64,000 bases of DNA from positions 23,998 to 87,997 of IMG/VR virus record IMGVR_UViG_3300036792_000176; one strand, written 5' to 3'. The notes below the pieces were generated by a model. The model was not told where the DNA came from. It was given only the letters and a program-made list of their open reading frames with translations, and did no database searches. Positions 21,020 through 30,126 of the stretch are shown one piece after another. Positions within the stretch are counted from its first letter, which is position 1; each line of letters begins with the position of its first letter. Source of the DNA: a virus. The position numbers were made by a program, and so were the translations under genes.

Positions 21020-22483
21020 ATGGACGTTAATGGCACGCCGCCGGTAATCATCCGGCACGGGATGGGGTCCTGCAGCAGGTGTGGGGCCCCATTCAAGGCT
21101 GGCGACAGGCGCGAGTCTGACCCCTGCTGCTCCGCTCCTGACTGCGAGGCGATCAATGACGTCTCGCACTACGGGTGCCTCCCTCCGGCGCTCAAGAAAA
21201 TTGCCGACGAAGAAGCCATGTACACAAACTGGGGCGATCATGCCTAGGTATCACTGGGCCAACGTTATAGACGAAGAGTCCAAGAAGGTACGCATCCTCT
21301 CCGAGCAGTGCAAGACATGCATATTCCTGCCCGGCGACAAGATGCTACTCGGGTCACGCCGCATGCACGAAGTGGTCCAGAAAAACCTGGAATCCAACTC
21401 CCTCCTGACATGTCACGCAACCCTTCCGGGCATGCCGGATGACGAGAATTACCAGCCAGCAGTTTGCAGAGGATTCTGGAATCTGCACGGGCTCAAGACA
21501 GCTGCCGGCGCTCTCGCGAAGTCAGTTATCGGAATCATATTCGTAAACCCTCCAGAGAACGGTAAGAAAGATGACGATGCTGGCGCTGCCAATTCCGAGG
21601 TACGGCGTCCTGCTGTCGAGCGGCAATCTGATGAAGGATCTACGGGGCAAGGTAGCCTGGGGCACTGACTTCAAGGGCATATCGTCTGCCAGGATAGTTC
21701 TCGGAGGCAATGTGGTGCTGCTTCGCTACTGCCTATGGTGCGACGACTACCACCAGGACAGCCAGGATGGCTGCGTTAAGTTCCCGGCGCTGATCGGAGA
21801 CGACATATGAGCAACAGCCCAGACTTCCCGGTCATAAAGGGCCAGGTATGGCGCTGGAAGGGTATGAAGTGCCTGGTACAGAGGGTGGCCATTGACGGCT
21901 CCTGGGCCGACCTCCGGGTGTTCCCGCTGGACTATCCAAGGTCAAAGTACTGGCCGAAGAGGATGGACATTCCATTCCCGGACGAGTTTGTATTCGAACG
22001 AGAGAGCAAGGGGGCCATGCACACATTCCTGGTTACAGTAAAGACGCCAAAAGTACACAGTCACGATCCGTCCAACAAGAAGGTTGGTAAGTGCCCATTC
22101 TCCGATGAGTGCACCGATAGCACAGGCCAGCATCACACCGGCGTTCTCCGGGCCACTGACGACGATATATCTCTCATAAAGAATGGCTCAGGATCCATCA
22201 ACGGTGTCGAGTACAGCCACATCACGCGCATAGAGAAGATGCGCCCGTGAAGGCGTCGCTAGACCCGAATGCCCAGAAGCTGATGGATGCCGCCAATGAG
22301 GCGAGGAACATCTCTGATCTACTCAGGATAGCTTCCAGGACGATGGAATTCGACTCTGGCATGAGTCCCACCAAGGAGCATATAGACGCCGCGTACGCAT
22401 CACTGTACAGCATCAGGAAGAGGCTGAGCAAGCTGGTTGCAAATATGGGCGTAGGGATCCCGGGGAGAACGAGTGCGAGCTGA
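21020..22483 (+). CDS. run of small, often Cys-rich hypothetical genes
   Basis: 21020-21247, 21240-21668, 21571-21810, 21807-22250, 22247-22483. Confidence 0.6.
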
Positions 22484-24452
22484 CATCACCACGGACGGTA
22501 GGCATGTCATCGCGCATATCCCGTACGCTCGCGGAGAGGGGACAGAGTGGGCCAAGAAGGTACCCGGCGCTAAACCGGTGTACGAGAAGGTAGATGGTCT
22601 GGACAAGGATAAATTCAAGCACTGGTCTTATCCTCTCACCATGGAGACGTGCCGCACCTTCCGGCGCATATTCGGATCAGAGCTTACCGTTCGTAATGCC
22701 CTGTCAGATTGGGCTCGTGCCGCCATAGCTGCAGGCGAGCAGCTTGAGCAGCTACGCGACGGAGCTAGCGCCGCGCTCCCTCGTGTTGAGTCCGAGTCGC
22801 CATTCCTTCATGCCGCAATGATGGACAGGCCGTACCAGCCTGCCGGCACGGCGTTCATGGTTCTGGCCGGACAGTGCATCCTCGGTGATGAGCCGGGTCT
22901 TGGCAAGACGCTACAGACACTCGGCGCTCTGATCGAGTCTGACAGCAAGGACATCCTCGTCGGCTGCCCGCGCACAGCTACCCGTAACGTATGGGAGCGA
23001 GAGACGCGGCGCTGGGCACCTAACATCCAGGTGTTCGTTGCCCAGGGTACCCGGGCAGAGCGCGAGGCGGCTATGGACGGCTACGCCGCGTTCCGCAAGA
23101 ACTGGCCTGACATACAGTGCATGCTCGTTATCAACAACGAGATGATCAGGGCAAAGCGTTACCAGCAGTGCAAGCTCACCAAGGACTGGAAGAAAGATGG
23201 CAACCCCTACGCCGCCTGGTCAAAGATAAAGAGGCCATACGGATCCTGCAAGAAAGACCATCCGCACCGCACTGTTGCTGAATATGAGTGGCCGTTCCTA
23301 TTCAAGCGTAAATGGGACGCTATCGTCATCGACGAGTCTCACAATCTTCTTGCGTCTACATATAATGTTGGCAGTAAGAGCATCACCCAGGGACGTTACG
23401 GTGCAATGAAGTTGCGCAGACGTCTACGGCCGGAAGGGCTGGCTCTAGCCCTGAGCGGCACGCCATTCCGATCGAAGCTGACGAAGGGCTGGGGTACACT
23501 AAACTGGTGCCGCCCAGATGTATTCAGATCATACTGGAACTTTGCCGGACATCACTTCGGCGTAGAGCAGGGCAAATACGGACAGGTCGTAGCCGGAGGA
23601 GCCAAGGTACCCAAGCCGGTAGATCAGGAAGCATTCGATGCAATGCTACGACCATACTACCTAGCCCGGACAAAGGAGCTAGCAGCTCCTGACCTGCCAC
23701 CAGTGCTGTTCGTCGGCAATCCTCCTGAAAGTGATCCAGAGGGAATGCACGGCATATGGCTTGACATGGACCCGAAGCAGAAGAAGTCGTACCAGAGCAT
23801 GGCCGCTCTTGCCGAGGCTAGGCTGAGAGGTGGGCTACTCACGGCTAACGGCACCCTCGCGGAGATAACGCGCCTTAGGCAGTTCGCTACGGCGCACGGC
23901 AGGATGGAAGGGAACACATTCGTCCCAGACCTGCCCTCCAATAAGGTTGACTGGATTCTTGAGTTCCTGATGGAGCGGGAGGGACACGAGGAGAAAGTCC
24001 TTATCGCATCCAGCTTCACTCAGATCGTTCACCTTGTGTCTGAATGCATAGAGAAGGAATTCAAGGGAGAGGTGCTACGCCTTACCGGAGCGACAACAGA
24101 CCGCGGTCGTGTGGAGATCAAGGATAGGTTCAATGATCCAGATGATGATGCGCGGGTGCTTGTAGTTCAGTCCAAGACGGGCGGAGAAGCCATCACCCTG
24201 GACGGATGCTGCAGCGACCTTGTGATCATAGACCTACCCTGGACTTCTGACGAGGAGAATCAGCTTGTCGCTCGTATCCATAGGGTGAGCAGAGTACACC
24301 AGGTGATGGTGCATAGACTGTTCAGCCTTGGCTCTGTCGACGGCTGGATGGCAGCATACTCTGACGAGCAGAGGGCTGTCATCGAGTCGAACAAGCCAAA
24401 GGCAAGAAAGAGGACAGCCCTGGAAGCCATAACATGGCACAAAAATTCGTAA
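22473..24452 (+). CDS. SNF2-family DNA helicase
   Basis: DEPGLGKT, IDESH, LSGTP, GGEAITL, ARIHR. Confidence 0.9.
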   Translation: MRADITTDGRHVIAHIPYARGEGTEWAKKVPGAKPVYEKVDGLDKDKFKHWSYPLTMETCRTFRRIFGSELTVRNALSDWARAAIAAGEQLEQLRDGASAALPRVESESPFLHAAMMDRPYQPAGTAFMVLAGQCILGDEPGLGKTLQTLGALIESDSKDILVGCPRTATRNVWERETRRWAPNIQVFVAQGTRAEREAAMDGYAAFRKNWPDIQCMLVINNEMIRAKRYQQCKLTKDWKKDGNPYAAWSKIKRPYGSCKKDHPHRTVAEYEWPFLFKRKWDAIVIDESHNLLASTYNVGSKSITQGRYGAMKLRRRLRPEGLALALSGTPFRSKLTKGWGTLNWCRPDVFRSYWNFAGHHFGVEQGKYGQVVAGGAKVPKPVDQEAFDAMLRPYYLARTKELAAPDLPPVLFVGNPPESDPEGMHGIWLDMDPKQKKSYQSMAALAEARLRGGLLTANGTLAEITRLRQFATAHGRMEGNTFVPDLPSNKVDWILEFLMEREGHEEKVLIASSFTQIVHLVSECIEKEFKGEVLRLTGATTDRGRVEIKDRFNDPDDDARVLVVQSKTGGEAITLDGCCSDLVIIDLPWTSDEENQLVARIHRVSRVHQVMVHRLFSLGSVDGWMAAYSDEQRAVIESNKPKARKRTALEAITWHKNS

Positions 24453-24842
24453 GGCAGGTAAGGTACCTTGGGCCTAGTCTGACATTCGTCTCTAGCTCGT
24501 ATAATTTCAGTTCATGGTACTGCGACGCATTGAGGGTGGACGGCTTGCATATAAAAACAGAGTTGATGACAGGCGAGGACACCCTGACCTACCTCGCCAA
24601 GAATTATGGCGAGCCAGAGCTAGCGGGGCTGGGCACAGGCGATCCGGCCGCGACCGCGCGGCGTAATCTGGAGATTGCATGCCAGTACGGCATATCTGGA
24701 CAGCCTGTTGCTGGCGGCCATTACCACGTTCTTTGCTACCGTCCTAAGCGCGGAAAGAACAAAGTTATGTACCGGGTAGAGGATCACACCTCGAGATCAG
24801 ATAGAATCGGAAAAGAAAATCTAGCTGATCCCGTGATTAAGG

Positions 24843-24871
24843 TAGCGCCCCCGACTAAGAGCCGGTATAGT
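24843..24871 (+). promoter_or_regulatory. phage promoter TAGCGC-N17-TATAGT inside ORF 24434-25663
   Basis: pattern match, followed by a 5' hairpin GGGTCTC/GAGACCC and an AAGGAG RBS. Confidence 0.65.
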
Positions 24872-24922
24872 AGGGGTCTCGAGGTAAATGTACGAGAGAC
24901 CCGTTCGAATAAGGAGCAGTTT

Positions 24923-25663
24923 ATGCCTACCCGTGGAGCTACCAAGGCCAAGCCCGCAAAGGCCAAGGTCGTCGAGCCGGAGCCGGAGGAGCTTGAGGAG
25001 GAGCTCGACGAGGACGAGGAGCTGGAAGACGAGCTGGACGAGGACGAGGACGAGGACGAGTCCGAAGAGGACGAGGACGAGTCTGAGGACGACGAGGACG
25101 ACGAGGACCTGGACGACGAGGCGGACGAGGGCGACGAGGAGGAGGAAGAGGAGGAGGAAGAGGACGACGAGGACGAGGACGAGTCTGCCGTCGACTACAC
25201 CCCCTACGCCACCAAGCCGATCACGGACACGATGGCGGACTTCGCCACCTGGATCAACCAGGAGATCTTCGTGCCCGTCGGTTCCTCGATCGAGGAAGTC
25301 GGCGCTGAGGACCCGGTTCGCCTGATCGCCATCGCCGGCACGGCCCGCATGGAGTTCCAGCGCTCGCCGTTCAACATCTCGCAGCGCGAGGCTCGCAAGC
25401 AGGCCAAGCTGGACGCGGCGGCTGCCAAGGCCAAGCCGGTCAAGGAGACCCCGGCCAAGGGCAAGCCCGCAGCCAAGACCGCTCCGCCTGCGAAGGGCAA
25501 GCCGGTCGCCAAGGCCGCTCCCGCCAAGGCTGCCCCGGCCAAGGCCGCTCCCGCCAAGGCGACGGCTGCGAAGCCAGCCGCCAAGGCGACGGCTGCGAAG
25601 CCAGCCGCCAAGACCGGCGGCCGTGCCGTCACCCGCAAGAAGGGCGCTGCGGCTCCCTACTAG
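24923..25663 (+). CDS. protein with acidic tract and histone H1-like PAKA tail; in-frame N-terminal extension possible from 24434
   Basis: AAGGAG RBS; ~70-aa D/E run; AKAAPAK repeats. Confidence 0.75.
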   Translation: MPTRGATKAKPAKAKVVEPEPEELEEELDEDEELEDELDEDEDEDESEEDEDESEDDEDDEDLDDEADEGDEEEEEEEEEDDEDEDESAVDYTPYATKPITDTMADFATWINQEIFVPVGSSIEEVGAEDPVRLIAIAGTARMEFQRSPFNISQREARKQAKLDAAAAKAKPVKETPAKGKPAAKTAPPAKGKPVAKAAPAKAAPAKAAPAKATAAKPAAKATAAKPAAKTGGRAVTRKKGAAAPY

Positions 25664-25668
25664 AAGAT

Positions 25669-26115
25669 GTATCGGCAAGTATCGCCTCCCCGTCTTGCCG
25701 ATGCGGCTCCGGAAGGATGTAGCCAACCGGAGCGATAGATCCTGTCCCAACCCCCACCCGGGACAGGAGACCCCCAGCCCGTATGCAACGCCACCGCCAC
25801 TGGACAGTCCGGGGATCCCTCTTCCTCTGGAGAGCCGGACAGTGCGAGCGGGGCCCGGTGCATACGGGCTGGGCCTGGTCCGCCAAACCCCTCAGCCCAA
25901 AAGGACATACCTTGCACGCTCCATCACAGCGTCAGACGGAAGAGCTACCGTCCGCAGTAAGCGTACCGCGCTACTACATACCTAAGCATGCCAATCAGCT
26001 TGTCACATTGGAATTGGAACGTCGAGCAGAAATCAGACGCCGGTCTCCCGGCAGGGTGCAGCGCTTCCTCCAATACTTCGCTGCATTCCGCCGGAGGACC
26101 AGTCCTCCTCCTACC
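25669..26115 (+). ncRNA. putative multi-hairpin RNA with C-rich loops
   Basis: at least 5 strong stems including a perfect 15-bp one (25773-25787/25859-25873); no credible ORF. Confidence 0.6.
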
Positions 26116-26157
26116 GCCACCAGGCGCTAGGGTCTCAACCGAGAAGGACAAGCAAGT

Positions 26158-27096
26158 ATGCGTACGACAATCCGCCGAGCACTGCTCGGCATCAGCGCTG
26201 CGGCGCTGTGCGCGGTTGGCCTGGCTATCCCGGCCGTCGCGAATGCTTCTGCGAGTGTTGCGGCTACGCCGCTCAGTGTCGCTCTGTACCACAACGGTGA
26301 CAGCAAGGCGACATGGGACGCCAGCGGCAACCCGGTTCTTACTGCCGGGACGGACGCCGGAACGTCCGCCCAGGTGCAGATCAAGAATGTGCACGGAACG
26401 CAGCTGCCCACCACCGAGCCGTCGTTCACCGCGTCGGCGTCCGGCGGTGGTGACCCGCGCTGGGTGATCGAGCTGCACAACGGCCAGTACCTGTTCGGCT
26501 ACCCGTACCAGCCTGCGGCCACGCGCTGGTCGGTCAACCCGGGTGGCAACCAGAACACTGACTACGCAACAGCTGTCGCGGCTGCCGAGGCTGGCGGGTC
26601 TGATAACTACATCACCGCCGCGTTCATCGTGGACGATCAGGGCGGCAACAGCCTGGGAGCGGTCACCCTGACCGGCGTCCAGTACAACGGGGAGACCCTG
26701 GCTGCTCCTGTCGTGTTCAGCGGCGGGATCGTGAACAAGAACAGCGGCAAGTGCCTGGACGTGACCGGGGCGTTCGGGACGTTTGCGGCCGGACAGGGCC
26801 TGCAGCAGTGGACGTGCGGCGCGGCGGGCGGCGAGGACCAGCACTTCACGCTGACCACTGAGCCGGACAACTCGTCGTACCTAACCATTGGCGGCCTGTA
26901 CGTCACCACGAGCACCCAAGGTGCGCAGATGACCCTGGTGACGGCCCCGACCACAATGGTCAAGTCGGGCCCGTACTACAAGTGGACCTCACTGGTCATG
27001 GATGTGCGGGCGCGCTCGCTCTCCAACGGCGCGGTCGTTCAGGGCTACGCCCAGCAGGCGACTAACAACAACAACCAGCAGTGGTCGCTCCCGTAA
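26158..27096 (+). CDS. secreted protein with ricin-B (RICIN) lectin domain
   Basis: signal peptide; NKNSGKCLDV, LQQWTC, NQQW. Confidence 0.8.
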   Translation: MRTTIRRALLGISAAALCAVGLAIPAVANASASVAATPLSVALYHNGDSKATWDASGNPVLTAGTDAGTSAQVQIKNVHGTQLPTTEPSFTASASGGGDPRWVIELHNGQYLFGYPYQPAATRWSVNPGGNQNTDYATAVAAAEAGGSDNYITAAFIVDDQGGNSLGAVTLTGVQYNGETLAAPVVFSGGIVNKNSGKCLDVTGAFGTFAAGQGLQQWTCGAAGGEDQHFTLTTEPDNSSYLTIGGLYVTTSTQGAQMTLVTAPTTMVKSGPYYKWTSLVMDVRARSLSNGAVVQGYAQQATNNNNQQWSLP

Positions 27097-27110
27097 CACC
27101 TGAAGAACCC

Positions 27111-27148
27111 GCCCCGGTCCCTGGCGCTCGAGAGTCAGGGGCCGGGGC
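27111..27148 (+). terminator. hairpin
   Basis: GCCCCGGtCCCTG...CAGGGgCCGGGGC. Confidence 0.55.
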
Positions 27149-27178
27149 AGCCCCGAAAGATTTTGATTGACAATTGAA

Positions 27179-27310
27179 TAGTGGTGGTCGAGTCGCAGGG
27201 TAACACCTGGATCCTTGGAGGCGCTCTCTGGGCGAGCGGCGCATGACCGACAGTCCTTTCTGAGGGGTGGGGACTGGCTAGAGCGACTACGGACCAGGGC
27301 CATCACACTA
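27179..27310 (+). ncRNA. putative multibranched small RNA
   Basis: TGGTC-gAGTCGC pairs with GCGACT-acgGACCA, enclosing three short hairpins. Confidence 0.4.
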
Positions 27311-27339
27311 AATCTTGGGTAGCGATCGAAAGGATTGAA

Positions 27340-27885
27340 GTGACAGAAGTTCTGATGACGGAGGGTGTTCAGCCAGGAGACGTCCTGGCCGTTCACACAG
27401 CTAGTTTCACATCCGGGGCAATCAGGCTCGGGGCAGCCCTCATCGATGAGGAGACGGCTGCTAACCATATCGCTGTCCTTGACCACCAGGACGCGAAGGG
27501 CACATGGTGGTGCATCGAGGGCAGGCCGGGCGGCGTCGGGTGGCGGGACGCGACGGGGTATCTGGGCAGCGTGTTCACGATAACCAACCGCAATCAGCCG
27601 AAGACTCCTGTGCAGCGCACGGCCATAACGTTGGCCATGCGCTCCCTGCTAGGTGTGGGGTATGACTGGGAGGCCATCTTTCAGGATGGCGTGCGTGACC
27701 TGCACATCCCGGACCCGTGGGCCGAGAAGTGGAAGGGCGAGGTGGCCGGACACGTCGTATGTTCAAGTGCCGCGACAATCGGCTACTACCGGGCAGCGCC
27801 CCTCGAGTACCCCAAGAATGTTGCCCAGCCCCTCGTGCAGCCTGCCGACTGGGTGCAGTTCATCGTTGAGAATCAGTTCCAGTAA
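27340..27885 (+). CDS. permuted papain-like NlpC/P60 amidase (YiiX/YaeF-like)
   Basis: QPGDVL, NHIAV, IEG, GYD and C-terminal VVCS. Confidence 0.75.
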   Translation: MTEVLMTEGVQPGDVLAVHTASFTSGAIRLGAALIDEETAANHIAVLDHQDAKGTWWCIEGRPGGVGWRDATGYLGSVFTITNRNQPKTPVQRTAITLAMRSLLGVGYDWEAIFQDGVRDLHIPDPWAEKWKGEVAGHVVCSSAATIGYYRAAPLEYPKNVAQPLVQPADWVQFIVENQFQ

Positions 27886-27893
27886 GGGGAGTA

Positions 27894-28319
27894 ATGAGCT
27901 ATACCGTAGGATTCAAGGTCACTAACGGACAGGTCCACGAGGTGACCGTGTCTGGCGGCCTTCCTGATGGAGAGTACCTCATCGGAGGGCACGAGGACCA
28001 GCTCGGTAACAGCATCAACGTCACCCGGAAGCTCCCGACCGGTATGCACGTCGTCGAGGCCCAGCACTACCAGTCCTACCACAACTACGACCCCGACAAG
28101 TTCCAGGTTCCGGTCGAGCCTGTTCGCAGGCCGTACGTAGAGGATGTCAGTCTTCCGGATGCTCCCGTCGTGAGTCCAGCCCGGCGAAAGACGGCCGAGC
28201 AGCCGGTCACTCCGCAGGACCCGAGTGAGGCCGAGCTGTACAACCCTGTGGCCAGCGTCAAGGCTCTGATGGACGATGACGATGACGAGCACGACGGTCC
28301 GGACAACGCCTGGCGGTAA
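27894..28319 (+). CDS. hypothetical protein
   Basis: AAGGGGAG RBS. Confidence 0.7.
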   Translation: MSYTVGFKVTNGQVHEVTVSGGLPDGEYLIGGHEDQLGNSINVTRKLPTGMHVVEAQHYQSYHNYDPDKFQVPVEPVRRPYVEDVSLPDAPVVSPARRKTAEQPVTPQDPSEAELYNPVASVKALMDDDDDEHDGPDNAWR

Positions 28320-28379
28320 ACAAGCTCCTCGGCTGGCCGTAAGTACAACGCGGACGTAAGTATGGCCAGCCGGGGTCAT

Positions 28380-28453
28380 GGCGGGGTGGAGCAGTTTGGT
28401 AGCTCGCCGGACTCATAATCCGTAGGTCGTCAGTTCGAATCTGGCCCCCGCTA
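28380..28453 (+). tRNA. tRNA-Met(CAT) with initiator-like body
   Basis: full cloverleaf GGCGGGG/CCCCGCT, GAGC/GCTC D-stem, CTCATAA loop, TTCGAAT T-loop; no encoded CCA. Confidence 0.9.
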
Positions 28454-28490
28454 CGTGCATCCGCACAATTCCACCCGAGATTGGAATAGA

Positions 28491-29273
28491 ATGGAAGCTA
28501 CACTCAAGGAAGTCATCGAGAAGCCGGTTACCGGCCTCGCTGGCCGTACGCCCAGGGCGCAGTTCGAGATGCCGAGGACCAGCAAGAACAAGAAGGGCAA
28601 GGAGGTGCGCCTGTTCCTGGACGTCTCCGGCTCTGAGCAGGAGCTGGCCTCGCCCGACCTGGACCTCACCAAGGCGCAGGTGATCGAGAACAGCCTGCCC
28701 ATCATCGTCGGCAGGATCGCCAAGTACGACTCCAAGATGGTCGACGAGCAGTCCGGCGGATCTCCCGCCAAGGGAGGCGTGCTCACCTTCGCGTTCAGCT
28801 ACGAGGGCGCGTACGAGGGATTCAACAAGGACGAGGCCAAGTTCGAGGACGAGCGCTTCCTGGGTGACATCAGCGAGGCGAACAGCCCCGAGAAGATGGC
28901 GCGCATCCACGCACTCATCGAGATGGGATGCACCACCAACATCGTCCCGGCCCTGGACGCCGCCAAGCTGGCGTACGAAACCGAGTTCCCCAATGGCGAT
29001 GAGGACACCGCCATCGTCGACCTGGTGATCACCGACGGCAAGGTCAGTGACCACAAGAAGTTCGAGAACTGGCTCGATGACAACGCCGGTCCGTCGCACG
29101 TCATCGTCGTGGTCATCATCGGCTATGGCCCCGGGGCGCAGGACGCCAAGAAGCACTACGACCAGATCGCCGACGACAACCGGTACCTCACGGTCGTGTG
29201 GCTCCCGGGCGTCGTCAACCCCGATGAGATCGCCACGGACGTCGAGCTCGCCTGCGGCCTTATCGCCGCCTAG
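28491..29273 (+). CDS. von Willebrand factor A (vWA) domain protein
   Basis: MIDAS-like LDVSGS, TT, VITDG; highly biased codon usage. Confidence 0.8.
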   Translation: MEATLKEVIEKPVTGLAGRTPRAQFEMPRTSKNKKGKEVRLFLDVSGSEQELASPDLDLTKAQVIENSLPIIVGRIAKYDSKMVDEQSGGSPAKGGVLTFAFSYEGAYEGFNKDEAKFEDERFLGDISEANSPEKMARIHALIEMGCTTNIVPALDAAKLAYETEFPNGDEDTAIVDLVITDGKVSDHKKFENWLDDNAGPSHVIVVVIIGYGPGAQDAKKHYDQIADDNRYLTVVWLPGVVNPDEIATDVELACGLIAA

Positions 29274-29384
29274 TACTCCTGCCGCGCTAACGACACCGTG
29301 AGATCGACGGGGCAGGACACAACTGAATAAACAACTGAACGTCCTGCCCGCACCGTGTGGATCACAAGGCCGAGCAGGACACGG

Positions 29385-29453
29385 GGAGAGCTACCTCAGT
29401 GGAAAGAGGACCGGGTTGCCGGGAAGTGACGGGTTCGAGTCCCGTGCTCTCCA
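29385..29453 (+). ncRNA. tRNA-like RNA with truncated anticodon arm
   Basis: perfect acceptor GGAGAGC/GCTCTCC, D-stem CCTC/GAGG and T-arm ACGGG-TTCGAGT-CCCGT; anticodon arm only CCGG-GTTG-CCGG. Confidence 0.8.
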
Positions 29454-29569
29454 CGGCAGGCCAGGGCCTGAAAATCCCTGAATCCTGCAACCGGATGCTA
29501 GTCTGGGGCCGGGTGCGCCGTCGCTCGCTAGCACGATCGGCGGGCACCCGGTTGACTAAGGAGGAATTG

Positions 29570-29920
29570 ATGAGTGACGTACGCGACTCCGCTACCGATC
29601 AGCCCCTGCCTAAGCCTGGCAAGAAGCTTGTCCAGGAGAGGCTTATTGGATTCATACGTGGAGAGCATTTTAGCAACGATGTCTCGTTTGAGATAACAAG
29701 CGGCATAGAGCAGCGCCGAGAGCTGGGGATCAAGAAGTACGGCACTCCCGTTCAGACGTTCAATGGCAGGGATGCGCTTCTTGATGCATGGCAGGAATCT
29801 CTTGACCTGTTGACGTACATTTATCAGCTAGACCTTGAAGAAGGAGGATGGGAGGAAACCCTTCACAGAGTTATAGTGGTAGTAGAGGATCTTGCATATG
29901 CAAGGATACGCAGATCCTGA
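29570..29920 (+). CDS. small MazG-like/all-alpha NTP pyrophosphatase-type protein
   Basis: RRELGIKKYG...DAWQESLDLLTY pattern; AAGGAGG RBS. Confidence 0.5.
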   Translation: MSDVRDSATDQPLPKPGKKLVQERLIGFIRGEHFSNDVSFEITSGIEQRRELGIKKYGTPVQTFNGRDALLDAWQESLDLLTYIYQLDLEEGGWEETLHRVIVVVEDLAYARIRRS

Positions 29921-30126
29921 TGCCAGTTCCAGAGCGCGTGACGGCATCCGTCCGCCCAGAGATATTCGAGGACCTCCGCAAGAGTGTAGAGAGGAATGGG
30001 GTCTCGCAGACGTATATCATAAACCAGGCTATTAAATTGTACGAGTTTGTTGACTCCGAGATCGCTGCTGGTGCAGACATGATACTGCGCCGAGATGGTG
30101 TAGAGAAGCTTATAGAACTGTTCTAG
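29920..30126 (+). CDS. ribbon-helix-helix DNA-binding protein
   Basis: RVTASV...L......GVSQTYIINQAIKLY. Confidence 0.65.
   Translation: MPVPERVTASVRPEIFEDLRKSVERNGVSQTYIINQAIKLYEFVDSEIAAGADMILRRDGVEKLIELF

Noticed and set aside
24980-25185. GAG/GAC tandem repeats (also 33860-34025) as DNA arrays
   Set aside because: They simply encode Asp/Glu tracts.
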